49,028 nucleotides of DNA, taken from assembly GCA_031416075.1 (NCBI GenBank), contig JANOSY010000074.1, positions 1 through 49,028 of the forward strand. Reading direction: 5' to 3'. The notes below the pieces were generated by a model. It was not told where the DNA came from. It ran no database searches and was given only the letters and a program-made list of their open reading frames with translations. Position 1 is the stretch's first letter, and every line of letters begins with the position of its first letter. Positions 1-7,865 of this stretch are shown in pieces. The position numbers were made by a program, and so were the translations under genes. Origin of the DNA: Candidatus Tenderia sp. Lineage in GTDB: Bacteria; Pseudomonadota; Gammaproteobacteria; Tenderiales; Tenderiaceae.

Positions 1-133
<133 letters not shown>

Positions 134-135
<2 letters not shown>

Positions 136-151
136 CAACTCTACGTTAGGC
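134..151 (+). other. 3' half of an attC site (L' remnant, spacer, R' GTTAGGC) split by the IS110 insertion
   Basis: CTCAACTCTACGTTAGGC aligns with the 3' end of the intact attC (CTCAACTTTACGTTAGGT, 943-960) at 16/18 positions. Confidence 0.85.
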
Positions 152-954
152 AGTATGGCCAAGGAATGTATCCATGAATCCTTATGGAATAATTTACAAA
201 ATAACCAACAGGGTAAATGGCAAGGTTTATGTGGGCCAAACAATACAGCCGTTAAAGTATCGGAAAAAGGATCACTTGAACTGCATCGAAAAATTGTCTC
301 GCCTCGTTCTTTATAAGGCGTTTAAAAAATACGGCAAAGATAATTTTTTATGGGAAGAAATAGATCATGCTGACACGAAAGAAGAGCTGGATACAAAAGA
401 GAAGCATTACATAGAGTTTTTCAATGCAATGGATAGAAGACATGGCTACAACATGACGTTTGGAGGTGAAGGAGGAAGACATCCTGACGAAGTAAGAAGG
501 AGAATTAGTGCCTCGAATAAAGGCCGGATTAAATCTGAAATTGAACGCAAAAGATTGTCAGCTTCTTTGAAGGGGAAGTACACAAAAGAAAAATCATCGT
601 GGTGGGGAAGGAAACATACCGAGGAAGAAAAACGAAAAATAGGCCAAGCTCAGTTAGGCGAAAAAAATCATAATTTCGGGAAAAAAGCTTCCGAGGAAAC
701 TATAAAAAAGATGAGTGAAGCAAGAAAGGGTGAAAAACATTGGAACCACAAAAGAATCATAAACCTTAGTACTGGGGAAGTATTTATATCCGCAGTTGAT
801 GCTAGCCAAAGAACAGGTATTGATAATTCATTAATAGGTAAGTGCTGTAAGGGTCTGCGAAAAACTGCTGGCGGGTTTCAATGGGCTTACAAACTAGCCT
901 AACCCGGCGTTCGAGCGGGACTGCCGAAAAGCGCGGCAGCCCCTCAACTTTACG
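146..954 (+). mobile_element. Complete integron gene cassette carrying the GIY-YIG endonuclease ORF
   Basis: Begins at G^TTAGGC (145-151), has a single ORF whose stop lies in the inverse core GCCTAAC (897-903, exact complement of GTTAGGC), and ends in attC. Confidence 0.88.
174..902 (+). CDS. GIY-YIG homing-endonuclease-like protein with NUMOD3-type repeats and a C-terminal NUMOD1-type HTH
   Basis: N-terminal GIIYKITN...VYVGQT, conserved R/E/N pattern (YRKKDH, KEKHYI, GYNMT); four repeats such as HTEEEKRKIG, ASEETIKKMSEARKG; C-terminal F.S..DA...TGI....I..CC.G..KTAGGF.W; AAGGA RBS at 161-165; AT-rich. Confidence 0.88.
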   Translation: MNPYGIIYKITNRVNGKVYVGQTIQPLKYRKKDHLNCIEKLSRLVLYKAFKKYGKDNFLWEEIDHADTKEELDTKEKHYIEFFNAMDRRHGYNMTFGGEGGRHPDEVRRRISASNKGRIKSEIERKRLSASLKGKYTKEKSSWWGRKHTEEEKRKIGQAQLGEKNHNFGKKASEETIKKMSEARKGEKHWNHKRIINLSTGEVFISAVDASQRTGIDNSLIGKCCKGLRKTAGGFQWAYKLA

Positions 955-960
955 TTAGGT
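897..960 (+). other. attC recombination site (64 bp)
   Basis: R'' GCCTAAC, 5-nt spacer, L'' GTTCGAGC with an extra base, inner stem GGG(A)CTGCCG/CGGCAGCCC, L' CCTCAAC, 5-nt spacer, R' GTTAGGT. Confidence 0.93.
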
Positions 961-968
961 TTCACATC

Positions 969-1139
969 ATGCATATGAGCGATGCTTGGCTTGGTTTCTT
1001 CGGAGGGCTCTTGGCCGCTTTAATCGGCGGCTTAATTGCCAGTGTGTTGCAGCGTCAAAACGAAACAAGGCAGCGTAAGGAAGTAATAATAGGGGACGGA
1101 CCCAATGCTGTTCACTTAGCGAATCCCCGTTCGTCCTGA
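969..1139 (+). pseudogene. Truncated second cassette ORF (N-terminal membrane helix), no attC
   Basis: ATG just after the R' core; MHMSDAWLGFFGGLLAALIGGLIASVLQRQNETRQRKE then runs into the TAATAGGGGAC motif and the MITE and stops inside the MITE. Confidence 0.65.
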
Positions 1140-1213
1140 GCTTGTCGAAGGACTCTGGATGGGTGGCTGGTGGTTCGACAAGCTCACCACGAACGGCTAA
1201 GTGAACAGCATTG
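1103..1213. mobile_element. 111-bp MITE with IS4-like terminal inverted repeats
   Basis: Perfect 18-bp TIR CAATGCTGTTCACTTAGC (1103-1120) / GCTAAGTGAACAGCATTG (1196-1213); 10-bp direct repeat GGGACGGACC at 1093-1102 and 1214-1223; TIR resembles the IS4 end TAATGCCGATCAGTTAAG as I recall it. Confidence 0.85.
1127..1196. repeat. Inverted pair of 26-bp REP-like units inside the MITE
   Basis: CCGTTCGTCCTGAGCTTGTCGAAGGA (1127-1152) and the reverse complement of 1171-1196, CCGTTCGTGGTGAGCTTGTCGAACCA; 22/26 identical. Confidence 0.8.
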
Positions 1214-1275
1214 GGGACGGACCACGGTTTAATAACTCCTACTACTCTCTGCTATGAATTTGGGTAATAGGGGAC

Positions 1276-1368
1276 AGCTCGTAGGGTGCAATAACCAACG
1301 GGCATTGCGCCGCATGTGCCGCCCCATCCGATGCAATGCGGCTACCGCCTTATTGCACAAGAGCTATC
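1276..1368. repeat. GTAG-type REP dyad 1 (right arm lacks CCTAC)
   Basis: GTAGGGTGCAATAACCAACGGGCATTGCGCCG ... CGATGCAATGCGGCTACCGCCTTATTGCAC; near-identical to the next unit. Confidence 0.8.
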
Positions 1369-1386
1369 TGCACCCGCTCGTCGTTT

Positions 1387-1481
1387 AGCTCGTAGGGCGC
1401 AATAACCAACGGGCATTGCGCCGCATGTCCACCATCCGGTGCAATGCGGCTACCGCCTTATTGCACCCTACAAGAGCTATC
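1387..1481. repeat. GTAG-type REP dyad 2 (complete)
   Basis: GTAGGGCGCAATAACCAACGGGCATTGCGCCG (from 1392) ... CGGTGCAATGCGGCTACCGCCTTATTGCACCCTAC (to 1471), flanked by AGCTC/GAGCT. Confidence 0.85.
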
Positions 1482-1512
1482 CACACACACTGCCCAACAT
1501 CCACAGCGGATG

Positions 1513-1532
1513 GGGGCAGGCGTACCTGCCCC
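1513..1532. terminator. GC-rich hairpin just downstream of pilT
   Basis: GGGGCAGG-CGTA-CCTGCCCC; no clear U-tract on the pilT strand. Confidence 0.35.
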
Positions 1533-1546
1533 GCTGATTTGAATGG

Positions 1547-2584
1547 TTACAGGAAGGAGTCTTTATTGGATGCCTTGGTCTGGGCGTCCTGTTTGGTGAT
1601 CACACCCTGACGCACCAGCTCGGTCAGGCACTGATCGAGCGTCTGCATCCCCAGTCCTTGGCCGGTTTGGATGGCGGAGTACATCTGCGGCACTTTGTTT
1701 TCACGGATCAGGTTGCGGATCGCCGGGGTACCGACCATGATTTCGTGCGCGGCGACACGGCCGCCGCCAACACGCTTCAGTAGTGTTTGTGAGATAACCG
1801 AACGCAACGACTCCGAGAGCATCGAACGCACCATATCTTTTTCCGCGGCGGGAAAGACGTCGATGATGCGGTCTATGGTCTTGGCGGCGGAGCTGGTGTG
1901 CAGCGTGCCAAACACCAGATGGCCGGTCTCGGCGGCGGTCAGCGCCAGCCGGATGGTCTCGGGGTCACGCATTTCACCGACCAGGATGATGTCCGGATCT
2001 TCACGCAGCGCCGAGCGCAACGACTCGCTAAAGCCGAGTGTGTCGCGATGCACCTCACGCTGGTTGATGAGACATTTTTTACTCTGATGCACAAATTCGA
2101 TTGGATCTTCGATGGTGAGGATATGACCAAACTCACTGTTGTTTTTGTAATCGACCATCGCCGCCAGGGTGGTGGATTTACCGGAACCGGTCGGTCCTGT
2201 CACCAATACCAGGCCACGCGGATTGTTGGCGATATCCTTAAAGACCGCCGGGCACTTCAGCTCTTCCAGGGAGAGGATGTTGGAGGGGATGGTACGAAAG
2301 ACACCGCCGACACCACGGTTATGGTTGAAGACGTTGACACGAAAACGGGCCAGCCCCGGAATCTCAAACGAGAAGTCGGTCTCATAAAACTCTTCAAAAT
2401 CCTTGCGCTGACGGTCGTTCATGATGTCGTAGAGCATGCCGTGTACGGCCTTGTTTTCCATCGGCGGCACGTTGATACGACGAATATCCCCATCCACACG
2501 AATCATTGGTGGCAGGCCGGCGGACAGATGTAGATCCGATGCAGCATTTTTGACACTAAAAGCCAGCAGTTCGGCTATATCCAT
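1547..2584 (-). CDS. pilT: Type IV pilus retraction ATPase PilT
   Basis: MDIAELLAFSVKN.ASDLHLSAG start, Walker A GPTGSGKST, AIRNLIRE motif; divergent from yggS. Confidence 0.97.
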   Translation of the reverse strand: MDIAELLAFSVKNAASDLHLSAGLPPMIRVDGDIRRINVPPMENKAVHGMLYDIMNDRQRKDFEEFYETDFSFEIPGLARFRVNVFNHNRGVGGVFRTIPSNILSLEELKCPAVFKDIANNPRGLVLVTGPTGSGKSTTLAAMVDYKNNSEFGHILTIEDPIEFVHQSKKCLINQREVHRDTLGFSESLRSALREDPDIILVGEMRDPETIRLALTAAETGHLVFGTLHTSSAAKTIDRIIDVFPAAEKDMVRSMLSESLRSVISQTLLKRVGGGRVAAHEIMVGTPAIRNLIRENKVPQMYSAIQTGQGLGMQTLDQCLTELVRQGVITKQDAQTKASNKDSFL

Positions 2585-2736
2585 GGTGTTCCCCTGGTTA
2601 ATTTAATCCTAAAATGGTGCGACCTGCCCCGGCAGATGGGACGGCACCCCTACTAATCCCTAGCGATAACGGCAAAAAGATCTACTTCTTAATCTGGCTG
2701 TTACAATAGCCCGCTCAGCGCAACGGGGCAATTGTA

Positions 2737-3429
2737 ATGCACAATATCACTGCACGATTGGAAAACGTTAAACAGCGCATCCATCATGCCGAAAGCCGCT
2801 TTGGCCGCCCCGCCAACAGTGTTCGCCTGCTGGCGGTGAGCAAAACCTGGCCAGCAGCGGCGCTTTTGGAGGCCGCTGCCGCCGGGCAACATAGCTTTGG
2901 CGAAAACTATCTGCAAGAGGCATTAGCAAAGATGGCCACCCTTGAGCATGAGCCGTTGGAGTGGCACTACATTGGGGCGATTCAGTCCAACAAGTGCCGC
3001 GATATCGCCACGCGCTTTGACTGGGTGCAGAGCGTTGACCGGCCCAAGATCGCCCAACGTCTGAGTGAACAGCGCCCGGTTGGGTTGCCACCACTCAACA
3101 TCTGCCTGCAGGTTAATATCAGTGGTGAGGCCAGTAAGTCAGGCATTGCCGCCAGCGATGCCCTTGCTGTGGCCCAGGAGATTGCCACCCTGCCACGTCT
3201 AAAATTGCGCGGTTTGATGGCCATTCCGCAGGCTACTGCCGATTTTGAGCAGCAGCGTGCAACTTTCCGTCAGGTATCTGACCTGCAGACGACGTTAATC
3301 GCCAAGGGTATAGCACTTGATACACTCTCCATGGGTATGTCTGACGATCTGGAGGCTGCAATTGCCGAGGGGGCAACGCTGGTGCGTATCGGCAGCGCCA
3401 TCTTTGGCCCGCGCCACAACACCCGTTGA
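2737..3429 (+). CDS. yggS: Pyridoxal-phosphate homeostasis protein YggS
   Basis: LLAVSKT, FGENYLQE, WHYIG.IQSNK, LSMGMS.D motifs. Confidence 0.96.
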   Translation: MHNITARLENVKQRIHHAESRFGRPANSVRLLAVSKTWPAAALLEAAAAGQHSFGENYLQEALAKMATLEHEPLEWHYIGAIQSNKCRDIATRFDWVQSVDRPKIAQRLSEQRPVGLPPLNICLQVNISGEASKSGIAASDALAVAQEIATLPRLKLRGLMAIPQATADFEQQRATFRQVSDLQTTLIAKGIALDTLSMGMSDDLEAAIAEGATLVRIGSAIFGPRHNTR

Positions 3430-3502
3430 AGGGGTGCGCTGGACTTTTGCTTGCCGCTCCCTTCATCATGGTCACTGAAACTTTTATTATAGGATTTAAA
3501 CA

Positions 3503-4330
3503 ATGAGCACTCCTAACATCAGCTTTATCGGTGCCGGCAATATGGCACGCAGTCTGATCAGCGGCCTGATTGCCGATGGCCGCGACCCGGCCACGATCTG
3601 GATCTCTGATCGTAACGATGATCAACGCCTGCTGCTGGAGCAGCAGTTTCACCTGCACGCCACTGCCTCTAACATTGAGGCGGCCGAAAATAGCGACATT
3701 GTCATTCTGGCGGTCAAGCCACAGGTGATGCAGACGGTCTGCCGGGAGCTGCGTGACACTGTTCAACAGAAGAGGCCTCTGGTGGTCTCCATCGCCGCGG
3801 GGATCCGTGAGCTGGACATCAACCGCTGGCTGGGGGGCGATGTAGCCATCGTTCGTGCCATGCCCAATACCCCTTCACTCATCAAGACCGGCGCTACCGC
3901 CCTTTTTGCCAACAGCCGGGTATCCAGCGCACAACGCAACAACGCCGAAACCATCCTCCGGGCCGTTGGTTTGGCGCTGTGGATAGAGGACGAGGCGCTA
4001 ATGCGGGCAGTCACCGCCCTCTCCGGCAGTGGTCCGGCATACTTTTTTCTCTTTATCGAGGCGATGGAGGAGGCAGCCCGCGATCTCGGCCTGGCCGATG
4101 AAACAGCCCGGCTGCTGGCGTTACAGACCGCCTTTGGGGCCACCAAGATGGCGCTGGAAAGTCCTGAAAACTGTGCCACCCTGCGTCGTCGGGTGACTTC
4201 CCCCGGTGGTACAACAGAGCAGGCCATCCTGACCTTTGAAAATAATGGCTTACGGGCGCTGGTCGCCAAGGCGCTTAGCGCCGCTGCCAACCGCTCTGAT
4301 GAGCTGGCACAGGAACTGGGGGCGCAATAG
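3503..4330 (+). CDS. proC: Pyrroline-5-carboxylate reductase
   Basis: FIGAGNMA, RAMPNTP, TALSGSGPAY, VTSPGGTT. Confidence 0.97.
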   Translation: MSTPNISFIGAGNMARSLISGLIADGRDPATIWISDRNDDQRLLLEQQFHLHATASNIEAAENSDIVILAVKPQVMQTVCRELRDTVQQKRPLVVSIAAGIRELDINRWLGGDVAIVRAMPNTPSLIKTGATALFANSRVSSAQRNNAETILRAVGLALWIEDEALMRAVTALSGSGPAYFFLFIEAMEEAARDLGLADETARLLALQTAFGATKMALESPENCATLRRRVTSPGGTTEQAILTFENNGLRALVAKALSAAANRSDELAQELGAQ

Positions 4331-4334
4331 TACG

Positions 4335-4907
4335 ATGAGCCCCTACCTCTCCTCTGCTGCGGCCTTTGTGATCGAAACGGTGTTTGGCATCTATATGATT
4401 CTGGTTCTGGTACGGCTGCTATTGCAGCTGGTGCGCGCCAATTTTTACAACCCGGTCTGCCAATTCATCGTCAAGGCCACCAATCCTCCGCTCAAACCGC
4501 TACGCCGCATCATTCCTGGATTCATGGGCATCGACATGGCTGCGGTCGTGTTGCTGCTGGCGCTACAGATGTTAAAACTCTTTCTGCTGGCCTTAAGTGC
4601 GGGGATGTCTCTATCATTTGCCGGTTTGGCGGTGATGTCACTGGGTGAGCTGATTGCAATGCTCCTGAACTTCTACATGATCTCGATCCTGATTCAGATT
4701 GTGCTGAGCTGGGTCAGCCAGGGAGCTAACAATCCACTCATATCGCTGCTTTACACCTTGAATGAACCGGTTATGCGACCTGCCCGCCGTATACTGCCGA
4801 CTATGTCAGGCATAGACTTCTCACCAATACTTATCTTTCTGGCCATCGGCCTGATTAAAATCCTGGTCGTTAGCCCCATCATTAATTTTGGTGGCAGTCT
4901 GGCGTAA
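4335..4907 (+). CDS. yggT: YggT family membrane protein
   Basis: ANFYNP..QFIVKATNP and GIDFSP motifs; follows proC; start moved to ATG 4335 to avoid overlap. Confidence 0.92.
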   Translation: MSPYLSSAAAFVIETVFGIYMILVLVRLLLQLVRANFYNPVCQFIVKATNPPLKPLRRIIPGFMGIDMAAVVLLLALQMLKLFLLALSAGMSLSFAGLAVMSLGELIAMLLNFYMISILIQIVLSWVSQGANNPLISLLYTLNEPVMRPARRILPTMSGIDFSPILIFLAIGLIKILVVSPIINFGGSLA

Positions 4908-4919
4908 CGTCGACGTAAA

Positions 4920-4957
4920 CAGTGATAAGTGGCACTTGATAGTGCCACTTATCACTG
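4920..4957. repeat. Perfect 17-bp inverted repeat with 4-nt loop
   Basis: CAGTGATAAGTGGCACT-TGAT-AGTGCCACTTATCACTG; no U-tract. Confidence 0.8.
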
Positions 4958-5123
4958 CGAAGGCTGGCAAACATCGCCGTTTGTCGCGCCGCCACTACCA
5001 TACAAACCCGCCCTTTAGATTCTGCTAAAGACCCTCGTTACTGCGTCCGATAAGGGAGTGACGCTCAGGTATTACGGGCCGCACGGCTGACCACCGCTGC
5101 CAATTTATTACAGCCAGATAACC

Positions 5124-7112
5124 ATGGAAAGAGCAGGAGCTATGGAGGAAGATATTTTCAAACAGCAGATGAGGGCCTTTGATCGCTGGAAGGCGGAACT
5201 CATCCAGGTGATTCAGGACTATCACCACTGGCTGGAGAGCCAACAATTAGGCAGTCCCGAGATCGATGTACGGCTGTTTGATGTGATCGAATCGCTCAAA
5301 TCAGATCACCTTACCATCGCCTTTGTGGCTGAGTTTTCTCGCGGCAAAACAGAGTTAATCAACTCTATCTTCTTCTCTGACTACAAACGTCGCCTATTAC
5401 CCTCCGAGGCAGGCCGTACCACCATGTGTCCCACCGAGCTCTTCTATGATCACGAAGAGGAGTCCGCTTACATCCGTATGCTGCCGATTGAGACACGCCT
5501 CAGCGACAAAAGTATCTCTGAGTTGAAAAAGGAGAAAGAGCAGTGGCAAACCATCTCCCTTGATGTTAACTCACCAGACCAGATGGTGGAGGCGCTAAAA
5601 GAGGTGATCAAAACCAAAATGGTGCCACTGCAGCTCGCCGCCGATCTCGGGTTATACGATATCAACGAAGCCCCCAGACGGCGTAAAAGCGATGCTCCCC
5701 CCCCCACTGAAATTGAAGTTCCGCTGTGGCGTCACGCCATGATCAGCTTCCCCCACCCCCTGTTACAGCAGGGCCTGGCGATACTTGATACACCCGGACT
5801 CAATGCCCTGGGTACGGAACCCGAATTGACACTCAATATGTTGCCCAACGCCCACGCTGTGCTCTTTGTGCTGGCCGCCGATACTGGCGTCACACGCAGT
5901 GACCTGGATGTCTGGGAGTACCACATCAGAGAGTTCCGTGGCAGCGAAAAAGGTCTGGTGGTTGCACTCAACAAAATAGATACCCTCTGGGACGAGATGA
6001 AGACCCCGGAAGAGATCGAAAATAGCATCAGCACACAACAGCGCGAAGTGGCCAACGCCCTCGGCATCAACATTGGCAACGTCTTTCCGGTGTCGGCCCA
6101 AAAAGCGCTGCTGGCCAAAACCAAAGAGAACGACCAGCTACTCGCAAGCAGTCGCCTGTTGGCGCTGGAAAACTATCTTGCACAAGAGATCATTCCCGCC
6201 AAGCAGGGCATCATTCGCAACAACATTGCCAATGAGGTCGGGGCATTGATCAAAACTAACCGCGACAGCATTGCTGCCCGGTTAAAACAGATCGCCGACC
6301 AACACCAGGATCTGGTCTCAATCAGTGGCAAAAATACCACCCTGATCCAACACCTAATGCGAAAAGCGCGTGAAAAACAGGCCGCCTACAATACCAACAT
6401 GGAGTATTTCCAGTCGAGCCGCCGCACCCTCAACCAGCAAGCCAAACTGCTGCTGGATGAGCTAAGCCTGAAAAAGTTTGACCACCTGACCAATACAGCA
6501 CGTAAGCAAATGTCAGACAGCTGGACCACTGGCGGTCTTAAAACCGGAATGAAAACAATCTTTGATGGCATCCGCGACACCTTGCAGGTGGCCACACGCC
6601 ATGCAGATGAGACACACCAGCAGATTGTCAGCATCTATCAGAAGTTTGAAAAAGAGAACGAGCTTGCCGCACTCCACCCCAAGCCCTTCTCCACCGACAA
6701 ATATGAGGCCGAAATGACCGCCCTCCATGCCCAGGCAGAGGAGTACCGCAGTAGCCCTGTCACCACCATGACCGAGCAGAATTTTGTCATCAAAAAATTC
6801 TTCATTTCCCTGGTGAGCCACGCCCGTGATGTCTTCTTCCAGGTCAACCAGGAGGCCGAAACGTGGTTCAAAGATGTTATGGTGCCACTAGCCAAACATG
6901 TCACCAGCCACAAACAGATGCTTGAACAACACATGGAGACACTCTATAAAATTAATGAGTCCAAGGAGAATCTGGCCTCAAAAACCTCAGAGCTGAGAGG
7001 GCAACATAAGGCGCTGGAGCTGCAGCTGGTGACACTCGACAAGATGTATCAACAGATACACAATGCCGACCACCACTCACCACTGCCCGCCAGACAAACC
7101 GCCAGTGGATAA
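5124..7112 (+). CDS. Bacterial dynamin-like GTPase
   Basis: G1-like AEFSRGKT, G2 RTTMCP, G3 DTPG, G4 NKID, long helical C-terminus; start could be 5142 (AGGAG upstream). Confidence 0.85.
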   Translation: MERAGAMEEDIFKQQMRAFDRWKAELIQVIQDYHHWLESQQLGSPEIDVRLFDVIESLKSDHLTIAFVAEFSRGKTELINSIFFSDYKRRLLPSEAGRTTMCPTELFYDHEEESAYIRMLPIETRLSDKSISELKKEKEQWQTISLDVNSPDQMVEALKEVIKTKMVPLQLAADLGLYDINEAPRRRKSDAPPPTEIEVPLWRHAMISFPHPLLQQGLAILDTPGLNALGTEPELTLNMLPNAHAVLFVLAADTGVTRSDLDVWEYHIREFRGSEKGLVVALNKIDTLWDEMKTPEEIENSISTQQREVANALGINIGNVFPVSAQKALLAKTKENDQLLASSRLLALENYLAQEIIPAKQGIIRNNIANEVGALIKTNRDSIAARLKQIADQHQDLVSISGKNTTLIQHLMRKAREKQAAYNTNMEYFQSSRRTLNQQAKLLLDELSLKKFDHLTNTARKQMSDSWTTGGLKTGMKTIFDGIRDTLQVATRHADETHQQIVSIYQKFEKENELAALHPKPFSTDKYEAEMTALHAQAEEYRSSPVTTMTEQNFVIKKFFISLVSHARDVFFQVNQEAETWFKDVMVPLAKHVTSHKQMLEQHMETLYKINESKENLASKTSELRGQHKALELQLVTLDKMYQQIHNADHHSPLPARQTASG

Positions 7113-7220
7113 GCAACAGCTGCCTTTGTAAGCCCCTGACAAATCCCTGATACATTAGCCATCCCTGATGGCTACGCGTAGAATGTCAGGCTAACTAAAA
7201 TTTGTGACGGAACGCCTTTT

Positions 7221-7865
7221 ATGAAGCCTTATCAACGTGAATTTATTGACTTTGTCATTGCCACCAACGTCCTTCGCTTTGGTGAATTCACCCTTAAATC
7301 GGGCCGCATCAGCCCCTATTTTTTCAACAGCGGACTCTTTAACAGCGGCGCGTCCATTGCCCGACTGGGGCGCTACTATGCAGCTGCCATCGAGAGCTCA
7401 GACATCGGCTACGACATGATCTTCGGTCCTGCCTATAAAGGGATTCCACTGGCAACCAGCACTGCCATTGCACTGGCAGATCACCATGGACGTGATCTAC
7501 CCTACGCCTTCAATCGCAAAGAGGCCAAAGATCACGGTGAAGGTGGCACCATCGTTGGTGCTCCACTGGCTGGCCGGGTATTAATTATCGATGATGTCAT
7601 CTCCGCCGGGACCTCTGTGCGTGAATCCATTCAGATGATTGAAGCGGCGGGGGCAACTACCGCCGGCGTCGCCATCGCCCTTGATCGCCAGGAACGTGGC
7701 CAAGGGAGAACCTCCGCCATTCAGGAGGTCGAACAGCAGTTTGGGCTTCAGGTCAGCAGCATCGTCACACTTGACGACTTGATCAACTACCTGCAAGACC
7801 GTCCAGGGCAGCTGGACGACCACACGCGCATTAACCACTATCGCGAACAGTACGGAATAAAATAA
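7221..7865 (+). CDS. pyrE: Orotate phosphoribosyltransferase
   Basis: [31 protein letters not shown] motif [11 protein letters not shown]. Confidence 0.97.
   Translation: MKPYQREFIDFVIATNVLRFGEFTLKSGRISPYFFNSGLFNSGASIARLGRYYAAAIESSDIGYDMIFGPAYKGIPLATSTAIALADHHGRDLPYAFNRKEAKDHGEGGTIVGAPLAGRVLIIDDVISAGTSVRESIQMIEAAGATTAGVAIALDRQERGQGRTSAIQEVEQQFGLQVSSIVTLDDLINYLQDRPGQLDDHTRINHYREQYGIK

Noticed and set aside
146-960. Group I intron hosting the endonuclease
   Set aside because: Flanks are fully explained by attC sequences; no room for an intron core and no split host gene
1276-1481. CRISPR array
   Set aside because: Only two long palindromic units, no unique spacers of regular length, no cas genes
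1416-1610. 64-aa ORF
   Set aside because: Reads through REP sequence and antisense into pilT
4958-5123. Riboswitch in the dynamin-gene leader
   Set aside because: Only short hairpins; no aptamer consensus I can recognise
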